Positions 48,364 through 58,136 of a DNA stretch of 64,000 bases are shown one piece after another. The stretch spans positions 96,001 to 160,000 of the forward strand of contig JAZDNF010000009.1 in assembly GCA_043800255.1 (NCBI GenBank), read 5' to 3'. The first letter of the stretch is position 1; each line of letters starts with the position of its first letter. The DNA comes from Candidatus Altiarchaeota archaeon (GTDB lineage: Archaea > Altiarchaeota > Altiarchaeia > IMC4 > SCGC-AAA252-I15). A program made the position numbers and the translations under genes. The notes beneath the pieces were generated by a model. That model did no database searches, had not been told where the DNA came from, and saw only the letters and a list, made by a program, of their open reading frames with translations.

Positions 48364-50571
48364 TTATTTACCTCTCTTCTGTTTTATGAACGGCATACCG
48401 CATTCCTCGCATACCGCAACCTCCCAACCCTTCAGCTCCTCCTCAGGGTTCTCGGCCTCGGCAGCCTTCCTGATCATCTTATCAGCCACACTCCGCCCGT
48501 CAGCGCCCTCCTCCAGAATCTGAGGCGCCTTCTCCGCCTTGCCGACTAAGTCACCCACCACAGCGCCCTTATCCTTGAATCTGTCCGAGAGGCCGGCCTC
48601 CTCAACCCTGCCGAACACCTCCTTCACCCTCTCAGCCTCATCAGGCTTCAACCTCTCAAGCCTCCGCTCATCCACATGAGCCTTCCAAGCCCCAAGCTCG
48701 GCAGGAGCACCACGCCTCGGCCTCTCAACAGCAGACGGAGCCTCGATGGCAGCCTCAGGCCCGGCATGCGGGACTTCAGCACCCAAACCCTCGCCAGCTC
48801 TCCTGGGTTTGCCTTTGACTGCGTAGTCGCTCTCTGTTATTCTGGCTCCGGATGTTGCTGGAGGCATCTCGCCTTCTGGGATTGCTTCGCCGGCAGCCTC
48901 TGACAGCTCTTCTTTCCTCTCATGCTCAGCCTCGGTGAACTTCTCACGCTCCCTATCCCTCCACAGGCTGCTGAGATCCTTCTGCCTGCCAGCCTCCTCG
49001 CCAGCCGTCTCACCCTCCATCTGAGTCTCAGGAGGAACAACCGGCTTGGAAGGAACACCAGTCTCAGAGACGACACCGCCCTCGCCGGCAGCCGGGCGCG
49101 AAACCCTCGCGCCCCTGACAGCCTCAGTGGCTTTTCTGACATCATCCAGAGGAGCATGCCTGCCAGGCTCCTTCGCAGAAGCAGAGGGAATTATCTTAGA
49201 CGGCTCCCTCGCCCTCTCAACCGAAGCGGGAGTGACATCATTCAAATCCCTGCCAGGCCTCTGCACGCTGGGTGAGCCGGCTCCGGGAGCAGTATGCCTG
49301 CGAGAACTCCAGAACGAACACCCAGGACGATTATACTCGTAGTCGCCGGTCGCCCTGAAAGCCATCCTACCGGCGCCAGGCGTCATACTATACCATCCTG
49401 ACCTCTCCCCCGCATAATAGCCGCCCTCGGTGTAGGCGACAACCTCCTCACCGGATAGGCCTCGGGAATAGTAGAGTGCGGAACCAAGCCTCTCACCGCC
49501 ACGCTCACTCCACCCCATAGTATGAGTCGTCTGATAACGGCCGCCTGCCGCAGCTATCGCCGAGGAGAAGCTGCTGCCCTGCATCATAAGCGCTATCGGC
49601 CTCGTGAAAGTCGCACCACCCCTCGACGAGTAAGCGAACACTGTGCCGCCAATCCACGGCAGAATCTTGGAAACGAGGAGCGGCGTCAACACTATGCCCA
49701 AAAAGCTCGCCAATGTGAGCACAGCATTGATTATGCCAGAGCCGCCGGAACTTAGGAAGGTGATGCCCATCGCGAGGAAGCCCATCTGGAAGACCTGAGT
49801 GAAAATCACAGCAATCGAGAAATTTATTATGGCATTGCCCATACCCTTAGTCAGCCTGAAAGACCACAGGAATATGCCAAGAGGGAACAGCGCAGCGCAC
49901 ACTACCACAACAAAATACCGTATAGCCGCAACCAGCACCGCCATCTGAACAAACCATAAACCAAACTGCCATATGCAGAACCCGATTATCAGCGCACCCG
50001 CCGGCACCTTGAATATGTCAAAGACGCTCGTAAGCTCAGTGTCAACAGACAACGCCATAGCATCCACAATCTCCCCAGAAATGTTAAGCAAAGTCTGGAA
50101 TATCAAAGGCGAAATCGAAGTCAACACCAAGCCTATGAAAACGTCCAACAGCATCGACTTCGCCTGAGCCCTCCCCCGAACAGAACCCTGCATGAAAATC
50201 AGATACAACCCCAACAGTATCAGCAGAGTCACGAAAAACGGGACGAAAAGCTTCAGCAACGTCCCGTTAATATTCTTCACGGTAGTGTCCTCCTGCAGCG
50301 GGAAATAGAAGAATGAGCTGCTCTCGAAGTACTCGCAGTAGCCGCCAGTCTCCCCCACCACGCACGGGTTAACCCGTATTATAAAAACCAGAAAATAGAA
50401 CGCCTTCTCCAGGAAGAGGTTAGCGCCAGTCGTGAGGAAATCAGCACTCTCCGCAGGAGTCGTCTCCTTATAAGGCGGGACAGCAGCAAACACCAAAGGA
50501 GAGAACAAGAGAGTTAACACTATGAGCAAGGCAAACCAACTCATCCCGGATTTCAGAATACGTTTCATCAT
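48364..50571 (-). CDS. VirB6/TrbL/CedA-like polytopic membrane protein with a long disordered C-terminal tail
   Basis: Multiple TM; GLYLIF..RAQAK and RYFVVVVCAALFPLGIFLW..TKGMG pattern; ends in CEEC. Confidence 0.65.
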   Translation of the reverse strand: MMKRILKSGMSWFALLIVLTLLFSPLVFAAVPPYKETTPAESADFLTTGANLFLEKAFYFLVFIIRVNPCVVGETGGYCEYFESSSFFYFPLQEDTTVKNINGTLLKLFVPFFVTLLILLGLYLIFMQGSVRGRAQAKSMLLDVFIGLVLTSISPLIFQTLLNISGEIVDAMALSVDTELTSVFDIFKVPAGALIIGFCIWQFGLWFVQMAVLVAAIRYFVVVVCAALFPLGIFLWSFRLTKGMGNAIINFSIAVIFTQVFQMGFLAMGITFLSSGGSGIINAVLTLASFLGIVLTPLLVSKILPWIGGTVFAYSSRGGATFTRPIALMMQGSSFSSAIAAAGGRYQTTHTMGWSERGGERLGSALYYSRGLSGEEVVAYTEGGYYAGERSGWYSMTPGAGRMAFRATGDYEYNRPGCSFWSSRRHTAPGAGSPSVQRPGRDLNDVTPASVERAREPSKIIPSASAKEPGRHAPLDDVRKATEAVRGARVSRPAAGEGGVVSETGVPSKPVVPPETQMEGETAGEEAGRQKDLSSLWRDREREKFTEAEHERKEELSEAAGEAIPEGEMPPATSGARITESDYAVKGKPRRAGEGLGAEVPHAGPEAAIEAPSAVERPRRGAPAELGAWKAHVDERRLERLKPDEAERVKEVFGRVEEAGLSDRFKDKGAVVGDLVGKAEKAPQILEEGADGRSVADKMIRKAAEAENPEEELKGWEVAVCEECGMPFIKQKRGK

Positions 50572-50583
50572 CTCATTGACCTC

Positions 50584-53500
50584 TCAAGCCCCCTCTATCG
50601 CCTCCCTCGATTTAGTCTTATGATTGTAAGCTTCCACCCTGTCTCCGTCGAATATTATGCCGCCCCCTCCCCCACCGTAGGCGTCTGCCATCCCAGCATC
50701 AACGTTGATTATTCTCCCACCATACTGCTGGTTGACTCGGTTATCTCTCCTGTCAGGGATGTGCGCGTGGACTATCCGCTCAACTCCAAGCTCTCCTAGA
50801 AGCTGACCTAATGCCCGCTCTTTCTTTGGAGTTCCAATTGCCCAGTAATCTTGCAAATTGAGATTAGGATCCCTGCGAGTTGCATCGAATGCTCCATTAA
50901 CATCACCGAAACGCTTTTTCCCTTCACCATTCAACTCTAATCCGCCTAGAGCATGATACCATTCCCAATTACGCTGCGTATCCCCAGCCCACATGGGAGA
51001 GTTCCCGCTATTCCACCTGTTAAAATCGAGGTTCCCTCCGCTCATGTCTTTTTGCATCTCCTGCATGCCCTCAAGGCCAGTCTTTCCTTTGTAGGGTATC
51101 CAGTCGCCATTCTGATCCAACGGCAATCCAGCGTGCACGAAGAGTGCGTTGTTCTCAAGATGGTATATGCTGCCTTTCGCCCCCATCTGCTCCGCCATCC
51201 TCTGAAGCCGCGGATTGTTCATAGCGCCCCGCTGGTCTGAAGCACCCACCTCATTCAGAACTTTGTCACCTCCGTTGTACATCCAGTTCTGGTACGCATT
51301 CGTATCCCCCTGCATCGCTGCCATGAAGAAGAGATCGTGATTTCCTAACAGTCCAACCGCCCTGCCCTGGTCGATAAGACCGCCATCTCCGAACACCTGC
51401 TCAGCTACAGCAACCCCCTGATCACCCCTGTCCATATAGTCCCCATGGAATACGAACCTGTCGCCGCTGTGAGCCTCCATGATCTCCTGAAACCTGCCCA
51501 ACTCCCCATGCTGGTCTCCGACCGCCATAAGCCTGTTGTATTTACCGCCAGTCGATTCACCGACGGGGATGATACTGCCGTCAGACTGTGGTCCCGCCAA
51601 AATCACAGGCTCGCCGGCGGCTGCTTCGGTTACGGGCTGGGCGTTTGGCGTCGACTCATGCGCATGAGCAGGAGCAACAGGTGGCTTCTCCGGCTCCGGA
51701 GGTCTCTCTGGCCTAGGGCCGCCTGAGGATGGTGGCCGGCCTCCTGACGGACCAGCACCTCCTCCAGAGCTGCCCGGCTTTTCGACCCTGCGCTTCCCGC
51801 GCCGTTCCTTAGCCAGCCTCCTCGCGCCCAACGCGGCCCCAATCCCCAAGCCTATGGCCGAACCTAAGAACGGAACAGGAAGAACGGTTCCAACAGCCAT
51901 TCCAGCACCAAGATAAGGAGCTAACGTCCTCAAACGCTTCCATTTCGGATACTTGTACTTGCCGCTCACTATGTCATCGTATATGCCGAACGCCTTTCTT
52001 TTCGACTTGGTGCCCTGGAGGTTCATCTCATCCAGGCGTTTCTTTGCCTTCCACTCCTCATTCTTGCCTACTGCACCAACAGCGTATTCGTTTGGAGACT
52101 TCACATGCAGCATCCCATTCCTCTTCGAGGCGAGCTCCCGGTGCCTGTAACCCAACGTCTTATCCCCGGTTGCCTTCTCAGCGAACTTCAACTTATCATC
52201 AAAGCCCATTGTTCTCTTCTCATCCCTGTTAAGACCTCTGACGCCGTCTTCAAACTGGGCGTCAGCTTTAATCCAGCGCTCATTGTCCACGACGCTGGAA
52301 AAACCGTTCTCCTTCGCGCGTGCGAGCATCTCCCCGTACTCGCCCTCATCTCTAAGACCTTCAAGATCGGATTTCCCCGGCCCCAACAGCTCGTCCAGAG
52401 ACTGCAACTTGTCGAATGCGTCGCCGGCATTAACAAGGCCTAAATCCTCGCCCAAGGGATTGTCAATCTCCTCATCCCTGAGATTTTGAATCTCGTCACT
52501 AACCCTGCTTATCTCCCCAGTATCCTCGATCATTCTGCCTAACCGCTCATCATGCTCATCCCCAAGTTTGAGCTTATCCTTAACAGACTCAACTCTCTCC
52601 TCGGGTTTCCCGGCGGAATCTTTTATCGCCTTCTCAATATCCCTCTTACTGTTGCCTGTCTGAGCCTCAAGATCCGCGATGTCAGACTGCCTCCTATCCT
52701 TCCTGTGCTCAACCTCGGCGTTCAGGACTTCCAGCTTCCGCATCTTCTCGTTTTTCCCCAACGCCTTCTGCTTACCCCTGAGACCGTCAACCTCATGATC
52801 GTATGCGCTGCCTCTCGTCTGAAGCACCTCCGCCACATCGCCAACTCCAGCGTCTATCTCAAGAAGAGAGTAAGCGCCTAAAACCTTCTTACCGTCTGCT
52901 GATGGGATGGCTCCAGGGCCCCCGCCAGGCTTCCCGCCTGCTGAACCCTCCCCACCGGATCCGCCCTTATCAGGCGCTCCACCAGGCTTGCCTCCCGGAG
53001 GCCCACCACCAGGCGTCCCCCCAGCACCAGGAGCAGGCCCTCTAGCAGCAGCCCTTGTCGTATCAGCCATCTGCTCCCGCCTACGTTTATCAACCCCTTT
53101 GACTATTTTGCTGACTCCGATGGTGGCCGCGATTCCGATGCCGACGCCGCCGAAAAGGGACATGGATGACAGGAGTGCCAAGCTGACGCCAGCATGCGAT
53201 GCGAGCATGCTAGTGGGAGCCTGCGCTATCTTCCTGCGCATGTAAGTGCCGAAGATGCTCACACTATTCGGACCCTTGTAACCTTTGTCAGACTTGCCCT
53301 TACCCCTCATCCTATCCCTGGCTCTCACATCCAGCTCAGCCTTCGCGAGCTTCCAATCCCTGTCTTTAGTAATCTGGGGGAACAATTTACCCCACTCAGT
53401 ATACTCTTTCGTTTCCTTATCCCGCTCAATGCCAGCGCCAAGCGCCCGCCCCATATGACGAGCGTAACCCTTAAGGAACGGCGGCAAAACGTACATCTTC

Positions 53501-54855
53501 TCCGCCCCGGCAGCTGTGAACACCTTCCCAATAGGCTGCACCGCAGTCAAAAGGCCATCCTTTGCAGCACCAGTCAGAGACTCCATAAGACCCCTCTTCT
53601 GCTGCGTGCTGGTCGAGCCCATCCGCCCCCCATACAAGAAATTGTCGACAGCCCCATCCCAACCACTCCGACTGAAAACGCCCTTACTGAGTTTACCGCC
53701 TCCAGCATCCTTGATACCATGATAGACTCCTCGCACGCCTCGGGCAGGCTTGCTGACGTCTCCTCCCGGGCGGGCGACTTCAGGCCTGCTGTCCTGATAC
53801 TCATCCCATCCCGCCTTTCGGAATCCTGTGAACGAGCCCGCAGCCTCCAAAGCCCACGGGCCGCTGCCCATCATAAGCTGACCTACCGCTATCATCTTCG
53901 GACTGCCCCAGTACCCTCCAGCTGCATTAACATAACTCCCCAGTGAGCTCATGAGGGTGGTCATCATCAGAGGCGAGATGATGATCATGGCAAAGCAGAC
54001 TATGGCAAGCAGAGCGCCTAACACGCCCTGAAAGTCAGCTAACAATGAGAGGAACATGACATAGAACAGCGTCTGGAGAACGGGGATTGAAATCCAAATG
54101 AGCGTCCACCTCATCAACTTAGCGCCCAACTTCTTCGTGTAATCCCACATGTAGAAGAAGATGGTTATGGGAAAGAAGGCGCCAAGTATGGCAACCACAA
54201 GATACCTCACATAGACCATGATAGCAGCAAGAAGTATCAGAAGTAGCACAATCCATCCGACCGTGCAAAGGAAATGAGGGAAGAACAGGAGAACCAGGAG
54301 GAGTATGACGCCGTTCATGGCCGCATTCCAGTCCCCTCCCGGAAACGCGGTCGTGAATATGGAATCAACCATCGCCTTCTCGATGTCAAGAATCATCTGA
54401 TATATCATCGGGGCGAAAGTCACGATAACGAGGCCGAAAAACAGCCGAGTGATGTACTGTTTAGCGTGCGCCCTCCGCCTATAGTCCATGGACACGAATA
54501 TCAGATACATCCCAGCCAGGATGATCACGCCCATGTAAGCTGGGATAACAATCAGCATCGCAAGCCTACTGATGTCCTTATAGGAACCGGTAAGCTGGCC
54601 AGTGCCCCAGTCGTAGATGTTAGGATTTAAGGACAAACCATCGAGAAGCAATCCAGTAAACCACCTCACGCCGTCCATCAAAAACCCTGAGAGCCAGTCG
54701 ATGATCTTACCTATCAGCCCCGGACCAGCACCAACGCCCTTGCCCATAGCGCCCGTCGAACCAACCTTCTCATCCCCAGAAGCAAAAAACGAGAACAATA
54801 GGAGTAAGGACGAGAAGAGTAGCGTCAACTTGATAATCTGATGCCTACTTTTCAT
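50584..54855 (-). CDS. VirB6/TrbL/CedA-like membrane protein fused to a C-terminal PPP-family metallophosphoesterase
   Basis: N-terminal TM block paralogous to 48364-50571; C-terminal GDQHG, GDYMDRG, GNHD, FVHAG, HAH and VDAG motifs. Confidence 0.75.
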   Translation of the reverse strand: MKSRHQIIKLTLLFSSLLLLFSFFASGDEKVGSTGAMGKGVGAGPGLIGKIIDWLSGFLMDGVRWFTGLLLDGLSLNPNIYDWGTGQLTGSYKDISRLAMLIVIPAYMGVIILAGMYLIFVSMDYRRRAHAKQYITRLFFGLVIVTFAPMIYQMILDIEKAMVDSIFTTAFPGGDWNAAMNGVILLLVLLFFPHFLCTVGWIVLLLILLAAIMVYVRYLVVAILGAFFPITIFFYMWDYTKKLGAKLMRWTLIWISIPVLQTLFYVMFLSLLADFQGVLGALLAIVCFAMIIISPLMMTTLMSSLGSYVNAAGGYWGSPKMIAVGQLMMGSGPWALEAAGSFTGFRKAGWDEYQDSRPEVARPGGDVSKPARGVRGVYHGIKDAGGGKLSKGVFSRSGWDGAVDNFLYGGRMGSTSTQQKRGLMESLTGAAKDGLLTAVQPIGKVFTAAGAEKMYVLPPFLKGYARHMGRALGAGIERDKETKEYTEWGKLFPQITKDRDWKLAKAELDVRARDRMRGKGKSDKGYKGPNSVSIFGTYMRRKIAQAPTSMLASHAGVSLALLSSMSLFGGVGIGIAATIGVSKIVKGVDKRRREQMADTTRAAARGPAPGAGGTPGGGPPGGKPGGAPDKGGSGGEGSAGGKPGGGPGAIPSADGKKVLGAYSLLEIDAGVGDVAEVLQTRGSAYDHEVDGLRGKQKALGKNEKMRKLEVLNAEVEHRKDRRQSDIADLEAQTGNSKRDIEKAIKDSAGKPEERVESVKDKLKLGDEHDERLGRMIEDTGEISRVSDEIQNLRDEEIDNPLGEDLGLVNAGDAFDKLQSLDELLGPGKSDLEGLRDEGEYGEMLARAKENGFSSVVDNERWIKADAQFEDGVRGLNRDEKRTMGFDDKLKFAEKATGDKTLGYRHRELASKRNGMLHVKSPNEYAVGAVGKNEEWKAKKRLDEMNLQGTKSKRKAFGIYDDIVSGKYKYPKWKRLRTLAPYLGAGMAVGTVLPVPFLGSAIGLGIGAALGARRLAKERRGKRRVEKPGSSGGGAGPSGGRPPSSGGPRPERPPEPEKPPVAPAHAHESTPNAQPVTEAAAGEPVILAGPQSDGSIIPVGESTGGKYNRLMAVGDQHGELGRFQEIMEAHSGDRFVFHGDYMDRGDQGVAVAEQVFGDGGLIDQGRAVGLLGNHDLFFMAAMQGDTNAYQNWMYNGGDKVLNEVGASDQRGAMNNPRLQRMAEQMGAKGSIYHLENNALFVHAGLPLDQNGDWIPYKGKTGLEGMQEMQKDMSGGNLDFNRWNSGNSPMWAGDTQRNWEWYHALGGLELNGEGKKRFGDVNGAFDATRRDPNLNLQDYWAIGTPKKERALGQLLGELGVERIVHAHIPDRRDNRVNQQYGGRIINVDAGMADAYGGGGGGIIFDGDRVEAYNHKTKSREAIEGA

Positions 54856-55315
54856 AAGAACCCCATAATCTTCCGGAGCTCCTGTGAGAGGTTAAAGTCC
54901 TGTTGTCAAGATAGTCAACCGCAAGAAGCACCTCAAACCTCCCGCCAGCCTCACCCTCGCGTATAACCGTTGTGTTAATGTTCTGTATGCTCCCCGGCGG
55001 GACTTCAACAGGAAGCGACGGTTGGAGAACGACAGACTGTAATGTTCCACCGACTACAACCTGAACGTCGGTGATGTTAACAGACCCCCCGACTTCGTTA
55101 ACAAACGATATTGATAGGTTGCCCTCTTCAACCATTTTGAAATCTGCAGGCATTAGACCCCAGAAACCCAGAGAACCAGGAGCGATATCACCGCCGATGT
55201 TGAACAGGCCCAGCTGCCATGCCATCAGGATGGCAACAATAAGCAGGAGAAGAGCCCAACCATAGGTCATAAGAAACTCTAACGCGCCCTGACCTTTGGT
55301 GGACTGGATTCTCAT
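54845..55315 (-). CDS. Type IV pilin-like protein with class III signal peptide
   Basis: KG|QGALEFLMTYGWALL; 11-bp overlap with the downstream gene. Confidence 0.85.
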   Translation of the reverse strand: MRIQSTKGQGALEFLMTYGWALLLLIVAILMAWQLGLFNIGGDIAPGSLGFWGLMPADFKMVEEGNLSISFVNEVGGSVNITDVQVVVGGTLQSVVLQPSLPVEVPPGSIQNINTTVIREGEAGGRFEVLLAVDYLDNRTLTSHRSSGRLWGSYEK

Positions 55316-55394
55316 CTTAGAGGCTAGAATAACCCAATACTATATTAAAAGCAGAACAATAAAAGGTGTTAGAAGCTGGAGAAAGCTGCAGATT

Positions 55395-57155
55395 TCAACG
55401 TCTGACAGAGGTCTCGCTATCCCACATGTCACCTGGATTATCTTCCCGCCTTATCAGGAACCTCCCAATGACCAGACAGTCTATTCTGGTCCCCATCATG
55501 CACTTGTACGCATCAGACGGCGTGCAGACTATCGGCTCCCCGCGCACATTATAGGATGTGTTTATCAGCATCGGCACTCCTGAAAGTTTTCCGAACTCCT
55601 TGATCAGGTCATGGTAGAGTGGATTCTGGGATCGCCTGATGGTTTGCAGCCTCCCCGTGCCGTCAACGTGGGTTACGGCAGGTATTCTCTGACGCCACTT
55701 TTCTTTGACAGGATATACCATCAGCATATAGTATGTGGGCTCAGGCAGGGGAACATCACATTCGAAAAAATCCAGCGCATCGTCCTCGCACACTACGGGA
55801 GCGAACGGCCTGAAACCCTCCCTATGCTTCACCTTCATGTTGAGTATGTCCTTCATCTCCGGGTTGATAGGGTTCGCAAGTATGCTCCTCGATCCTAATG
55901 CCCTCGGCCCCCACTCCATCCTACCCTGGAACCATCCGACAATCTTGTCGTCGAATATCAGCTTAGCGGTCTGTCCTATGAGGTCACCATCATTCTCGAA
56001 CTGGGAGTAGATTATTCCGTTCCCGTCTAAGAACTCCCTTATCTCATCGGCTGAGAACTCCGGGCCCAGGTAGGCTGTTGAAAGTGGCGTCTCGCGCGGT
56101 CTCTTGAGCAGCGTATGGTAGAGGTAGGCTGCGACGCCTGCGCTTGTCCCGCCGTCGCCTGGATCCGGATGGATCCAGACATTCTTGAAAGGAGTATTCT
56201 TCAGTATCTTCCCGTTCAACACGCTGTTCAAGCCGACGCCACCAGCCAGCACAAGATTCTCGCAGCCGGTCTCATCATACAGGCTGTTGACAAGTTTAAG
56301 AACGATATCCTCCGTCAGAAGCTGAAGGGCTGCGGCAATGTCCTTGTGCCTCTGCGTCAACTCAGCACCTTCCGTTCTTACTGGGCCTCCGAGAAGATCA
56401 CAAAGTTCTCGGCTCGGCATTCTGTCCTTGTAATGATATGCAAAGTAGCGCATGTCAAGCCTGAAGCTTCCATCATCTTTCACGTCAACCGCTTTTTTCA
56501 GCCGTGAAAAATAGTTGTTAGTCTCCCTGTCCATGTCACCGTAGGCGCTCAGACCCATAACCTTGTACTCGGAGTTGTTCACCTTGAAGCCGAGGTAAGC
56601 TGTTATGGTCGAATACAGCAGCCCGACAGAATGCGGAAACCGTATCTCCCTGAAGAGGGCGATGTCATTCCCCTCAGCGGTTCCATAGGCTGTGGTGGTC
56701 CACTCTCCAACGCCGTCTACGGTAAGAACTGCCGCCTTCTTGAACGGACTAATGAGATAACTTGAGGCTGCGTGCGCCATATGATGTTCCACGAACAGCA
56801 CATTCCCCCTATAGCCTATGGACTTCCGAACTTTCCGCACAACCCTCAGCTTCTCGGTCAGCCAGGAGGGCATAGAAGTGACGAACGTCTTAAGGCTCCG
56901 GGGGAACGTCTGGATGTGCTGGTAGAGCACTCTCTCGAACTTTATGAACGGTTTCTCATAGAAGCCGACATAGTCCAAGTCGGCTGAGGTAATGCCTTCG
57001 CTTTCAAGACAGAACCTTATCGCGTTGATTGGAAACGAATTATCATGCTTCTTTCTCGTGAACCTCTCCTCCGCAGCAGCTGCGACAATTCTGCCGTCCT
57101 TCAGGAGGCATGCTGAAGAATCGTGGTAGTAACATGATATTCCTAGGATGTGCAT
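55395..57155 (-). CDS. NodU/CmcH/SxtI-family O-carbamoyltransferase
   Basis: YHDSSA..EERFTR.KH, HHMAHA, DGVGE, EYKVMGL, GGVGLN, GPRALG.RS, KHREGFRPFAP. Confidence 0.93.
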   Translation of the reverse strand: MHILGISCYYHDSSACLLKDGRIVAAAAEERFTRKKHDNSFPINAIRFCLESEGITSADLDYVGFYEKPFIKFERVLYQHIQTFPRSLKTFVTSMPSWLTEKLRVVRKVRKSIGYRGNVLFVEHHMAHAASSYLISPFKKAAVLTVDGVGEWTTTAYGTAEGNDIALFREIRFPHSVGLLYSTITAYLGFKVNNSEYKVMGLSAYGDMDRETNNYFSRLKKAVDVKDDGSFRLDMRYFAYHYKDRMPSRELCDLLGGPVRTEGAELTQRHKDIAAALQLLTEDIVLKLVNSLYDETGCENLVLAGGVGLNSVLNGKILKNTPFKNVWIHPDPGDGGTSAGVAAYLYHTLLKRPRETPLSTAYLGPEFSADEIREFLDGNGIIYSQFENDGDLIGQTAKLIFDDKIVGWFQGRMEWGPRALGSRSILANPINPEMKDILNMKVKHREGFRPFAPVVCEDDALDFFECDVPLPEPTYYMLMVYPVKEKWRQRIPAVTHVDGTGRLQTIRRSQNPLYHDLIKEFGKLSGVPMLINTSYNVRGEPIVCTPSDAYKCMMGTRIDCLVIGRFLIRREDNPGDMWDSETSVRR

Positions 57156-57159
57156 TTTA

Positions 57160-57462
57160 TCAAAACTGTCGATAGTAATCCTTAAAACTTTTTTGTTTCA
57201 GGTTCATGTCTTCCCAGTAGCTGTCCCTGTCTTCGGTTCTCAGCGACAGGAAGTCTTTTTCGAAAAGTCTTGCAAACAGTGAGGTGAATCCAACACCAAA
57301 AAAATACACAAATGTTAGCGATATATAGTTCACAGCATTTGAGACAATTTTGCCGAACTCTTGGAAGAGCCGCCTAAAATCCTTGGATATTAAGTTCAGG
57401 ATGAGAACAAGCGCGATAACATACAAAAGTATCATGTAGGGGATATTAGAAAGAAGGTTCAA
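57160..57462 (-). CDS. SxtJ-like membrane protein
   Basis: TM, then L..VYFF.V....L.....D.L......SYW and terminal YYRQF. Confidence 0.7.
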   Translation of the reverse strand: MNLLSNIPYMILLYVIALVLILNLISKDFRRLFQEFGKIVSNAVNYISLTFVYFFGVGFTSLFARLFEKDFLSLRTEDRDSYWEDMNLKQKSFKDYYRQF

Positions 57463-57465
57463 AAA

Positions 57466-57627
57466 TCAGAATAAAGTGTATATGAAAGGAGACACTGCAG
57501 TACTCTGCCCGAATACTATGAGAATGCCGACCAAAAGTAGCATTATTACTATGGGAGTGAGCCACCACGCCTTCCTCACCCTGAGAAAATCCCACATTTC
57601 AACGATCAGAGACTTATTTTTTGCCAT
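57466..57627 (-). CDS. DUF5989/SxtK-like small membrane protein (53 aa, absent from the ORF track)
   Basis: Hand translation MAKNKSLIVEMWDFLRVRKAWWLTPIVIMLLLVGILIVFGQSTAVSPFIYTLF*. Confidence 0.85.
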   Translation of the reverse strand: MAKNKSLIVEMWDFLRVRKAWWLTPIVIMLLLVGILIVFGQSTAVSPFIYTLF

Positions 57628-58135
57628 CTTTCATTCCCCTCACCGCAGCCAACACAATCTCCAGAGTGCCGGGGATGTCCCAGTGTTCCGTGTTCAGGAT
57701 GATATCGTATATCATTAGGTCTTCCAAGTCGATGCCGTATATCCCCTTATACCTTTTTCTCTCGCTCGCCTCCCGCCCCAGTATCGCATCCTCCGGGTCT
57801 CTCGTCTTGTCCCTGACGCTGACGCGCCGAGCCCTGACTTCGAGAGGAGCCGTCAGGAAGATCTTCAGATCAGAGTCTATGAAGTGCGCTGAAATCCTGC
57901 CGTCGACCACGCAGTCGCCCTTCGCCTCACGCCTCTGCCGCTCGTCGATCTCCCTGTCGACTTCCGGATGGCGTTCAGCGTATTCTGAGAATTCCAAAAG
58001 ACGCATATTCCTCTCAGAAGCCATCTGCCGCATTATACTGCCTGCGGATATGTGCCGGTATCCGAGTTCGCGGGCGAGGCCCTCAGCCAGCGTCGTCTTG
58101 CCAGAACCTGCTGAACCGGCTACGGTTATGATCAT
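57614..58135 (-). CDS. cmk: Cytidylate kinase (archaeal type)
   Basis: GSAGSGKTT, SAGSIMR, DREID, DGRIS; conserved position after rpl34e. Confidence 0.92.
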   Translation of the reverse strand: MIITVAGSAGSGKTTLAEGLARELGYRHISAGSIMRQMASERNMRLLEFSEYAERHPEVDREIDERQRREAKGDCVVDGRISAHFIDSDLKIFLTAPLEVRARRVSVRDKTRDPEDAILGREASERKRYKGIYGIDLEDLMIYDIILNTEHWDIPGTLEIVLAAVRGMKDGKK

Positions 58136-58136
58136 C

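Noticed and set aside
55395-57627. Saxitoxin biosynthesis cluster
   Set aside because: Only the widespread SxtI/J/K-like trio is present; no sxtA or other sxt genes
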